A stretch of DNA of 64,000 nucleotides from Alphaproteobacteria bacterium. GTDB lineage: Bacteria; Pseudomonadota; Alphaproteobacteria; UBA828. Both the position numbers and the translations under genes were made by a program. This document shows positions 29,418-38,490 of this stretch, piece after piece. Each line of letters starts with the position of its first letter. The first letter of the stretch is position 1. The DNA is taken from NCBI GenBank assembly GCA_965237415.1, contig CBDEFM010000002.1, positions 896,001 through 960,000 of the forward strand. The letters are read 5' to 3'. The notes under the pieces were generated by a model. It searched no databases and was not told the DNA's origin. It saw only the letters and a list, made by a program, of their open reading frames with translations.

Positions 29418-29731
29418 AATACACTTGCTAGCGACACAACGGTATTGTCGACATCGAAGGAGGGTATTTTTTCGCCGAGATCGAATTTGTGGTCGACTTC
29501 GGGGAGGGAGAGCCCATCGAGTCCGCCGACCTAAACCTCGGGAATTTGCAGGGCAGCATCACCGGATTCGCGCAAGGCGACGAGCCGATTGGCGCGGACT
29601 GGAGAATCGATCTCGCGACCTGGATGGATGCCCTCACCAACCAACCTGTGCCGGTTCGTCTCATGTCCACTACCCCTTATATCCCCGGCGGGTTTACGCA
29701 TGGTACCTTTGGCAAGAAAGTCGTAGGGGGA

Positions 29732-31622
29732 TGCGGCGCGACGATCAAGATGAGACTCCGCATTGCCTCGCCTGATTTGCTCCTTTTGAGCGACTCGTTG
29801 CCTCATCTGAAATGCTCCCGAGGGGAATGGATCGGGGGCTTTGGGTATGAGGAGGGTGAGCATGGCGACACGGGATGAACTTGTGGCAGCGCTGTCACGG
29901 CGGTATGGCGAGAGCGGACGCGAGGAGAAGACGCGCATTCTGGATGAATTCGTGGCGGTGACGGGCTATCACCGGAAGCACGTGATGCGATTGCTGCGAG
30001 GCGGCTCGTCGTCGCGCCCAGCGGCAGCCTTGCGAGCTGGCCGGCGGCTTTACGACGATGCGGTGCGCGAGGCACTGGTTGTGTTGTGGGAAGCGTCGGA
30101 CCGCATTTGCGGGAAGCGCCTGAAGCCGCTGCTTCCCACTCTCGTCGAAGCCATGGAACGGCATGGTCATCTTGAGCTCGCCGACGATGTCCGATGCCGC
30201 TTGCTGACCATGAGTGCGGCGACGATCGACCGGTCACTTCGCAGCATACGAGAGCAGGCCGGCGGGCGGCGCCGAAGATCTTCGCTCGCATCGTCATCGG
30301 TGCGGCGGAGTATTCCGGTGCGCACCTATGCTGACTGGCAGGATCCGCCGCCAGGGTTCGCCGAGGCCGATCTGGTGGCTCACAGCGGCCCGGTGACGCG
30401 CGGGAGCTTTGTCCAGACGCTGGTACTCACCGATATCGCCACGGGATGGACGGAGTGCGCTCCCTTGCTGTTCCGCGAGCGCACGCTCGTGAGCGCGGTC
30501 TTGACGGCCGTCCGCAGGCTCCTGCCGTTCGACCTGCTCGGGTTCGACACCGACAATGACAGCGTGTTCATGAACGAAACGGTGCGGGACTATTGCCGCG
30601 ACGCCGGCATCGAGTTCACGCGTTGCCGCCCCTGGCGCAAGAACGATCAGGCCTTTGTCGAGCAGAAGAACGGCGCGATCGTTCGCCGCATCGTGGGCTA
30701 TCGCCGCCTGGAGGGCCCGGAGGCCGTGGCTGCACTGTCGCAGCTTTACGCCACAGTGAGATTGTTCGTGAATTTCTTCCAGCCCTCATTCAAGCTCGCC
30801 AGCAAGACGCGCGACGGCGCCCACGTGTGTAAACGCTACCATCCTCCGGCAACGCCCTTTCAACGCCTGCTCGCGGATCAGCGCACACCGCAAAGCGTTC
30901 GCGACGAAGTGAGCGCGCCGTTCGCGACCCTGGATCCGATCCGCCTGTTGAGGGATATGAGACGGGCGCAACAGCGTCTGGTCGATCTTGCCGACCGGCC
31001 CGTGGCGGTTCAATCGGCGCCGGCCGGTGTGCCGCCGATCGACGAGTTTCTCGCCGGGCTGCGAACGGCATGGAAGGATGGTGATGTGCGGCCGACGGCG
31101 CGGCCCGCTGCAAAGCCGAAACGGGGCCGCCGCAGGCCCGATCCCCTGGCTGACGTCACCGAGCAGTTGCGGGAATGGTTCGAAGCCGAGCCGTGGCGAA
31201 CGAGCCGTCAACTGCTCGAACAACTACAGGCAAAGCATCCCGACCGTTATCCCGACAATCTTCTGCGTACGCTGCAACGCCGCGTGCAGGTCTGGCGCCA
31301 GGAGCAAGCCCACGACCTGGTGTTTGGAGCGAGCCAATCCGACACCGTGGTACCGGCACCAGCCGACAAGGCCGATCTTGCCTTGGCCACCGCTGTGGAT
31401 AACCGGCTCGCCGCCGCCAGACTCATGGAGGTCGCTGCGGCAAGCCGGTTACCCACAGCTGCCGACGCTGCCAGAACTCCAGCACCACGCCTGGGGACAC
31501 AGCCGTGACAAGTGAAGCGAAGCCGTGACCTTGGGGAACATCGACGTGAGGCAAGCACCTCGAAGCTCGGGAACATCCAAGAATGAGGCAATACGGAGTC
31601 TCATCTTGATCGTCGCGCCGCA
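29732..31622 (+). mobile_element. ISNCY-type element with long IRs
   Basis: ~38-bp IR TGCGGCGCGACGATCAAGATGAGACTCCG(C/T)ATTGCCTC at both ends; no TSD evident. Confidence 0.88.
29847..31508 (+). CDS. Integrase-core (rve) transposase
   Basis: EADLVAHSG, TDIATGWTE, DTDNDSVF, KNDQAFVEQKN. Confidence 0.9.
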   Translation: MRRVSMATRDELVAALSRRYGESGREEKTRILDEFVAVTGYHRKHVMRLLRGGSSSRPAAALRAGRRLYDDAVREALVVLWEASDRICGKRLKPLLPTLVEAMERHGHLELADDVRCRLLTMSAATIDRSLRSIREQAGGRRRRSSLASSSVRRSIPVRTYADWQDPPPGFAEADLVAHSGPVTRGSFVQTLVLTDIATGWTECAPLLFRERTLVSAVLTAVRRLLPFDLLGFDTDNDSVFMNETVRDYCRDAGIEFTRCRPWRKNDQAFVEQKNGAIVRRIVGYRRLEGPEAVAALSQLYATVRLFVNFFQPSFKLASKTRDGAHVCKRYHPPATPFQRLLADQRTPQSVRDEVSAPFATLDPIRLLRDMRRAQQRLVDLADRPVAVQSAPAGVPPIDEFLAGLRTAWKDGDVRPTARPAAKPKRGRRRPDPLADVTEQLREWFEAEPWRTSRQLLEQLQAKHPDRYPDNLLRTLQRRVQVWRQEQAHDLVFGASQSDTVVPAPADKADLALATAVDNRLAAARLMEVAAASRLPTAADAARTPAPRLGTQP

Positions 31623-31712
31623 ATACACCTTAAAAACAGCCGCCAGGCTGTCCGAATAGGCGAGGCCACCTTACAGGAGTGCTCCTGGCGCTGTTGCGGT
31701 CGCGGACGGACG

Positions 31713-31845
31713 CTAGTCATCTGGCACTGAAGTTGAGATCATTATAAATTAGCAGTGCTGCCACACTAAGTCGCTCTATTGTCGAAGAATTTAGTCGTTC
31801 AACATAGTTAGCTTTATGTGGCGAACTTCAGTGTCAGGTGACTAG
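31713..31845 (-). mobile_element. 133-bp MITE copy 2 (subfamily A)
   Basis: Reverse complement of the 2329-2461 element; CTAG at both ends. Confidence 0.93.
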
Positions 31846-31847
31846 GA

Positions 31848-33277
31848 TCAGGCATGTATGGGAGGCAGTGTGTCGAACCAGGGCTGCGCCTTTTCCAGCT
31901 GCGCCGCCAGGCGGAACAAGAGCGCGTCGTTGCCGTGCTTGGCGATGAATTGCACGCCGCAGGGTAGACCGCCGTCCGCGCTCCAGTGGAGCGGCAGCGA
32001 GATGGCCGGCAGGCCGCTGACGTTGTGCGGCATCGTGAAGACGATCTCGGGCATCAAGAGCTCGTAGTTGAATTTTTCGAATGTCAGCGACATGTCATAG
32101 TAACCGACCCTGTGAGGCGGGTTGGGCATGGTCGGAGTGATGACCACGTCAAAGGGCTGGCAGTCTTCGGCGATGGTCCAGCCAAACACGTGCATCGCCT
32201 CGATGTCCTGGGCAAGGGATGGCGCACTCATTCGCTCTCCGTGCTCGACCATCTCCTGGATCACGTTACCCAGCTCGCCCTTCTTCGGCGGGCGTCCCAA
32301 CGTCGGCTCCAAGCTGCGGATGCTGGCCGCCGTCGCCGCGCAAGCAATGCGCGAAAGATCTCAGCGAGCGCGTCAAAGTCGAAACCGTACGCTAACTCCT
32401 CTATCTCGTGGCCCAGCGACGCGCACAGCTTGGCCGCATTATTCGCCGCCGCCACACATTCCGGATGAACCGGCCGTCCGTTGGCGGCATTCGTGATCAG
32501 CGCCATCTTGAGGCGCCCGGGATCCTTGCCAACTTCGTCCAAGAACGGCACTTCGGGCCGCGTGTACGCGTGTACGTCGCCGGGCACGGCATACTGGGTC
32601 AGATCGTGATAGGCCGCCTGGTCGCGCACGCTTAGCGACACACAACCCTCGACGACACAGCCGTACCACATGTCCGCGTAGAGCGGCGCCGTCGTGGTAC
32701 GGCCGCGCGACTGCTTGAGCCCGACCAGGCCGTTATTCGAGGCGGGGATGCGTGTCGATCCTCCGCCGTCGTTGGCGGTCGCCAAGGGCAGAATACGGGC
32801 TCCGACGGCAGCGCCCGACCCGCCGCTGGATCCGCCCGGCGTGTGGTCAGGATTCCACGGATTACGCGCCGCCGGGTGGATCGGTGGCTCGGACGCGGCA
32901 CAATAGCCGAACTCGGGCGTGACGGTCTTCGCCAGGCGGATGAAGCCACCCTCGGCGATGCGCTGCGCAACGATGCTGTCGTCCTCCGAGATGAAGTCCT
33001 GGAGGTAGCGACAGCCTCCTGTCAGCGGAAGGCCCCGGTATGCCGTCAATATATCCTTGAGGAGTAGTGGAACTCCGGTAAACCGCCCGTCAGGAAGCGG
33101 TCGCTCGGCGGCCGCGCGCGCCGCATCATAGTTCTTGAACATCACGCAGTTGAGCTCGGAATTAACGCGCTCAATCCGCTCTATGGCTGCTTCTACCAGC
33201 TCGATCGGCTTCACTTCCTTGCGTTTCACGAGATCGGCCAGACCCAATGCATCGTATTGTCCGAGTTCAATGCTCAT
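31848..33277 (-). pseudogene. Amidase-signature family amidase, frameshifted ~32340
   Basis: [29 protein letters not shown] in one frame; GLPAISLP..AAQLE in another. Confidence 0.85.
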
Positions 33278-33469
33278 GCAAGCCCTCCCCTTGGGCCGAC
33301 CACGGCCCCATGTAGCCACCCCCGACACGTCGACAAAGAGTCGCCGGACGAATGACTGGCCCGTCGCGGCGCCGGCGCAGTTCACGCTCCCCGCCGTCGC
33401 GGCGCGCGCCGCACCAGCAGAACAAGCCCGTAGAGCATCGCCTCCTGGCCATTCTATGTTGTGTTGCGC

Positions 33470-34612
33470 TCAGTAATCCGGTTCACCCAACAGGGCGGCG
33501 TTGAAGCCGAGCTCGGACGTCCTCGGTGACCAAAAGTCGATCGCATAGATGTCCGGGACAACGCCCGGCGAGATTGTGTTGCAACCTGCTGCAAAATTCC
33601 GTCGCCGTGCCGGTTTCGCACAGCTTGACGTTTTCATGTGTGACTTCCAAACCCCAGGGAACCAAATTTGTGTTTGGTACTTCTTTGCCGTCGAGAATAT
33701 CCACCACCAGCTTGAAGGTATAGGACACCGTCCACAGCCCTGAACCGATCGAGTTACCTCTCTTGCCGAGCGCGCCCTCGACACCCGAATCGGCGGGCAG
33801 CATCTGCAAGCGGTTGCCGTTGGCCGATTCGCCCGCGCACGGGACAATCGGATTGTCGGGCCACCAGCCGTCCTCGACCTGCATCTGCGACAGCGTATAG
33901 CAGCCGGTTTGCGCCACAATACCGTCGATCTCGCCCCACCCATGGGTTGCCAGGAACTCGCGCATCTTGAGCCGAGCCTCCGAGTGGCTCCACGAGCCCA
34001 CCAGCTGACCGAGCACGTTGACCTCGGGATACTTGGCGACGGTCTGCACAAAACCCTTATGATGGTTCTCGCTGTAAGACACGCCTGGCACGCCGGTGAT
34101 GGCGACGATGTTGCCCTTCCCGCCCATCTCATCGATCACCCACTGGGTCCGGTGCGCGCCGAGCCCAACTCCATCGATCTTGACGATATAGGCGCAGGGT
34201 TCGGTCACACCATTGACCACCGCCACCACGACGCCCTCGCCGCAAGCGTTGCGGATCACGCCATTGAGCGCGGTGGCGAGATCGGAAAGGCAAAAATAGC
34301 GTCCGCGCCAGCCTGAACCATCGCGTTCATTTGCTGGATTTGCCGAGCCGCGTTGGCCCCAGAAGCCTGGACCCTAAGCTCAACGCGGTCGCGATAAGGC
34401 GCCGTCTTCAACATCGCGACGGCCGTGTTCATTGCTTCGGTCTGCCAGGCGTTGCCGACATAGCTCATGCTGTAATAGATAAGGTATTTGCCGTCCTTGG
34501 TCTTGGCGTCAGCGGATCCCGGCGAAAAACCGAGTCCCAGCGCGGCCGCCAGAACGGCGATGAACATGAACCGCATTACCCACGCGATCGATGAAGGTTT
34601 CATGGCTTTCAC
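33470..34612 (-). pseudogene. Sugar-type ABC periplasmic binding protein with two frameshifts
   Basis: Signal peptide and SMSYVGNAWQ; continues across three frames (breaks ~34275 and ~33600). Confidence 0.8.
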
Positions 34613-34711
34613 CCTCCCATTTTGTAAAGTCCTAGGCGAGCTATTCGCGTCTTTCCGATGATAATAGCGTAGCGGCTGCGCGATGGCAACGCCGGTACTG
34701 ATCTGGTGTCG

Positions 34712-34844
34712 CTAGTCACCTGAATCTGAAGTTCGCCACATAAAGACAACTATATTGCACGACCACATTCTTCGACAATAGAGCGACTTAGTGTGACGAC
34801 ACTGCCAATTGAAAATGATCTCAACTTCAGTGTCAGGTGACTAG
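34712..34844 (+). mobile_element. 133-bp MITE copy 3 (subfamily B)
   Basis: CTAGTCACCTG...CAGGTGACTAG. Confidence 0.93.
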
Positions 34845-34913
34845 CACATGATGTGTCCGGTTTAGGTAGCACACGAGTTGTCCGGTTTGGTGTCTCCGTG
34901 GGGAGGGACCGCG

Positions 34914-36098
34914 ATGAGCCGGACGACGTTGCTACAGGAACGCAGGATGCAGACGTTTCAGAATGTGCTGGGGCACTGGCAGGCACGACGCCTGTCTGCG
35001 CTGGAGGCGGCGGAGATGCTGGGGATGAGCGAGCGGAGCTTCCGCCGCTACCGGCGCCGCTACGAGGACGATGGCCTCGACGGATTGTTCGACCGAAGGC
35101 TCGACAAGGCGTCCGCGCGCCGCGTGCCGGCCGACCGGATCGAATGGGTGCTCGAGCAGTACCGAACCCGCCATACGGGCTGGACGGTCAAGCACTTCCA
35201 CGACCATCTCTGCGCCCACCATGGCTTCGCCTGGAGCTACACCTGGACCAAGACCACCTTGCAGCGCGCAGGCCTGGTGTCCAAGGCACCCAGGCGCGGC
35301 GCCCACCGTCGCCGGCGCCCGCGCAAGCCCTGCGTCGGCATGATGCTCCATCAGGACGGCTCACGCCATGAGTGGCTGGCCGGCCAGGCGGCGTGCGACC
35401 TGATCGTCACCATGGACGACGCCACCAGCGAGATCTATTCGGCCTTCCTGGTCGAGGAGGAAGGCACCGCGTCCACCTTCCGGGCGCTGAAGCAGGTGTT
35501 CACCGACAAGGGGATGCCCAGCAGCCTCTACACCGACCGTGGCAGCCACTACTTCCACACCCCCGAGGCAGGCGGCAAGGTCGCCAAGGATCAACACACC
35601 CAGGTCGGCCGCGCCCTCCATCAGCTCGGCATCGAGCACATCGCTGCCTATTCGCCCGAGGCCCGCGGCCGCTCCGAGCGCGCCTTCGGCACCCTCCAGG
35701 ACCGCCTCGTCAAGGAACTGGCGCTGGCGGGGATCGCGACGGTCAAAGCCGCCGACCGCTTCATCGCAGACACCTACCTGCCCGACCACAATCGCCGCTT
35801 CGCCACCCCGCCCGAACTCGAAGACAGCGCCTTCGTGCCCCTCGAACACCCCGGCCAGATCGACGACATCCTCTGTCGCCGCACAGACCGCACGGTCGCC
35901 CGCGACAACACCGTGCGCTACGAAAGGCGCGTCCTCCAGATCCCCGCTACCCCGGCCAGACACCACTACGTCAAGGCCACGGTCCGGGTCCATGAGTATC
36001 CGGACGGAACCCTCGCCCTCTTCCACGGGCCCCGATGCCTCGCCCGCTACACCGCCAACGGCGAGCCCATCGAAACCCCAACCCGGCAGGCCGCGTGA
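34914..36098 (+). CDS. ISNCY/IS1202-family transposase, copy 3
   Basis: Near-identical to copies 1 and 2. Confidence 0.93.
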   Translation: MSRTTLLQERRMQTFQNVLGHWQARRLSALEAAEMLGMSERSFRRYRRRYEDDGLDGLFDRRLDKASARRVPADRIEWVLEQYRTRHTGWTVKHFHDHLCAHHGFAWSYTWTKTTLQRAGLVSKAPRRGAHRRRRPRKPCVGMMLHQDGSRHEWLAGQAACDLIVTMDDATSEIYSAFLVEEEGTASTFRALKQVFTDKGMPSSLYTDRGSHYFHTPEAGGKVAKDQHTQVGRALHQLGIEHIAAYSPEARGRSERAFGTLQDRLVKELALAGIATVKAADRFIADTYLPDHNRRFATPPELEDSAFVPLEHPGQIDDILCRRTDRTVARDNTVRYERRVLQIPATPARHHYVKATVRVHEYPDGTLALFHGPRCLARYTANGEPIETPTRQAA

Positions 36099-36234
36099 GA
36101 CGCTTCGACGCGACCGGCCGGCGCCCTGTGGACAAGTGGACAGCCGCTCCGCGCCTGACCACTTGTCCACAGGGCAAACCGCAACAACAGAAGCGGACAT
36201 ATGATGTGCTACGAAAACCGGACAAATACACTTG

Positions 36235-36367
36235 CTAGTCACCTGAATCTAAAGTGCGCCACATAAAGACAACTATATTGCACGACCACATTCTTCGACA
36301 ATAGAGCGACTTAGTGTGACGACACTGCCAATTGATAATGATCTCAACTTCAGTGTCAGGTGACTAG
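36235..36367 (+). mobile_element. 133-bp MITE copy 4 (subfamily B)
   Basis: Nearly identical to copy 3. Confidence 0.93.
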
Positions 36368-36389
36368 CGTCAAGCGGCGCAAATTCGAT
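36366..36389. repeat. Right direct repeat of the island
   Basis: Identical to 911-934. Confidence 0.92.
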
Positions 36390-36471
36390 CGAAAATTTGA
36401 TTTTGACAGGGGGGCGCCAAACTGGCATTGGCGACGGCCACGATAGTTCCAAGAAGAAGGGAGGCACGGGC

Positions 36472-36806
36472 GTGGCAAAGCGGGAATGGGGCGCCAAGCA
36501 CACGTGTATGAGTTGCGGCGTGAAATTCTACGACTTGCATCGAAATCCGATCACTTGCCCCAAGTGCGGCACCGAGGCCGAGGTGGAAACCGCGCGGCCG
36601 AACCGGCGGCGCCCGTCGGCGCAGCCGGCACCGGCGCAACCCGCCAACGAGGAGTGATCCCGGTCGCTGCGGACGAGACTGACGACGACGACACCGATGA
36701 GATGATCGACGACATAGACGATGACGACGATCTGGTTGAGGACATTGACGACACGGAGGCGGCTCATCCCGAGCTTGACCCAGGGCAGGCGGTCCCTAAT
36801 TCTTGA
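36472..36806 (+). pseudogene. TIGR02300/FYDLN acid-domain protein, frameshift ~36650
   Basis: AKREWGAKHTCMSCGVKFYDLHRNPITCPKCG; the acidic tail is in a different frame. Confidence 0.85.
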
Positions 36807-36872
36807 TTCACCTTGCGTCGTGTGCGGCGGAGCGCCTAGGGTCTAGCCTGCCGCGCGGCGCGCCGGAATTGC

Positions 36873-36948
<76 letters not shown>

Positions 36949-36973
36949 TTCCGGCCGCAGAGGTAGCGAGACC

Positions 36974-37663
36974 GTGAGCGCGCAAAAAAGCATCCTGATC
37001 GTCGATGACGACCAGGCGTTGCGCCAGTCCCTCGCCGAACAGCTTCACATGTATGAGGAGTTCGCGGCGAGCGAGGCTGCGACCGGGCGCGCGGCCCTCG
37101 ATGCCGTCAAGACCGGCCGCTTCGACCTCATCCTGCTGGACATCGGCCTGCCGGATATGGATGGCCGGGAGATCTGCAAGCTGCTGCGCCGGAGCGGAAT
37201 CGCCGTACCGATCATCATGCTGACCGCCGCCGATAGCGAGGCGGACACCATCCTCGGCCTCGATTCGGGCGCTAACGACTACGTCACCAAGCCCTTCCGC
37301 CTCGGCGCGTTGCTCGCGCGCATCCGCGCTCAGCTCCGACAGCACGAGCACAGCGAGGACGCGACCTTCACGATCGGGCAATACACCTTCAAGCCCGCAT
37401 CGAAGCTCCTGGTCCGGCCGAACGGTACCGGCAAGATTCGCCTGACGGAGAAGGAAGCGGCGATCCTCAAGTACCTCTATCGCGCGCGCGATCGGGTCAT
37501 CTCCCGCGAGGTGCTGTTGAGCGAGGTGTGGGGCTACAACGCCAACGTCGCAACCCACACGCTGGAAACGCACATCTATCGACTGCGCCAGAAGATCGAG
37601 CCCGAGCCCTCCGACCCCCGCCTGCTGGTGACCGAGGGCGGCGGTTACCGGCTGGTGTCGTAG
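36974..37663 (+). CDS. OmpR-family response regulator
   Basis: ILIVDDD, LLDIGLPDMDG, DYVTKPF, LETHIYRLRQKIE. Confidence 0.94.
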   Translation: MSAQKSILIVDDDQALRQSLAEQLHMYEEFAASEAATGRAALDAVKTGRFDLILLDIGLPDMDGREICKLLRRSGIAVPIIMLTAADSEADTILGLDSGANDYVTKPFRLGALLARIRAQLRQHEHSEDATFTIGQYTFKPASKLLVRPNGTGKIRLTEKEAAILKYLYRARDRVISREVLLSEVWGYNANVATHTLETHIYRLRQKIEPEPSDPRLLVTEGGGYRLVS

Positions 37664-37687
37664 ACGCGAGGCCGCCGGCGGTGGCAG

Positions 37688-38488
37688 CTACTGTGTATCG
37701 ACGAGAAAATCCCTGAGCGCATCGAGGGTCTGATCGGGCTCCTCGTCGAGCATGATATGACCGGCGCCCGGGATCACCACCGTGGTCGAAGCGGCCAACA
37801 TCCGGGCGAGCGCGTGCCCGCGCTTCGCCGGTGTCATCAGATCGCGCGCGCCGATGACCACCAATACCGGACACGCCACCGCCGCGGCAGCTGCCTCGCC
37901 GCCCTCGTAGCCGTTGGTCGCGACCAGATCGGTGTGTAGGACGCCGGGACTTGCACGTTCGAGGGTGCGGAGTCCGCCCCCGGTCATCCAAAGCCCCGGC
38001 ATGCGATGGCCGCCAAAGTGGGCGCGCCGGCCGTAGCCCCATCCGGTGAGCAACTCCAGTGCATGGTGATCGTCCTCGGCCGCCTTGCCGAGCAGCAGGT
38101 CGTTGACGGGGATCGCGGGGGCGGCGCCGAGCAGCGCGAGCTTACGGACACGCGCGCCGTGGCGCGCCGCGGCCTCCAACGCGACCAGAGCGCCCATGCT
38201 GTGGCCGACCAGGTTGGCCTGGTCGACCTCCACCGCATCCAGGAGCGCCACGAGCCAGTCCGCCATCTCCGGAATCGAGCCCCGCGGCTGCCCCTGCGAG
38301 AGGCCATGGCCGGGCAGGTCGACCGCCAGCACGCTGCCGCCATGCCAGGCGAAATAGCGCGCCTGGAGCTTCCAGACCGTGTGATCGAAGGCGGCGCCGT
38401 GCACGAAGACGGTGACCGGCAGGCTGGGATCGAACGCCCGGCCACCAGTGGCGGCGAAGACGCGCAAGCCGTCTACGCGAAACTCCAC
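37688..38488 (-). CDS. Alpha/beta hydrolase
   Basis: FVHGA, DLPGHG, GHSMG, GAGH. Confidence 0.92.
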   Translation of the reverse strand: MEFRVDGLRVFAATGGRAFDPSLPVTVFVHGAAFDHTVWKLQARYFAWHGGSVLAVDLPGHGLSQGQPRGSIPEMADWLVALLDAVEVDQANLVGHSMGALVALEAAARHGARVRKLALLGAAPAIPVNDLLLGKAAEDDHHALELLTGWGYGRRAHFGGHRMPGLWMTGGGLRTLERASPGVLHTDLVATNGYEGGEAAAAAVACPVLVVIGARDLMTPAKRGHALARMLAASTTVVIPGAGHIMLDEEPDQTLDALRDFLVDTQ

Positions 38489-38490
38489 GG

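Larger units (their letters stand above)
34707..36372 (+). mobile_element. IS1202-like element copy 3, both ends interrupted by MITEs
   Basis: TGTCG[CTAG-MITE]CACATGATGTGTCCGG ... CTTG[CTAG-MITE]CGTCA. Confidence 0.88.
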
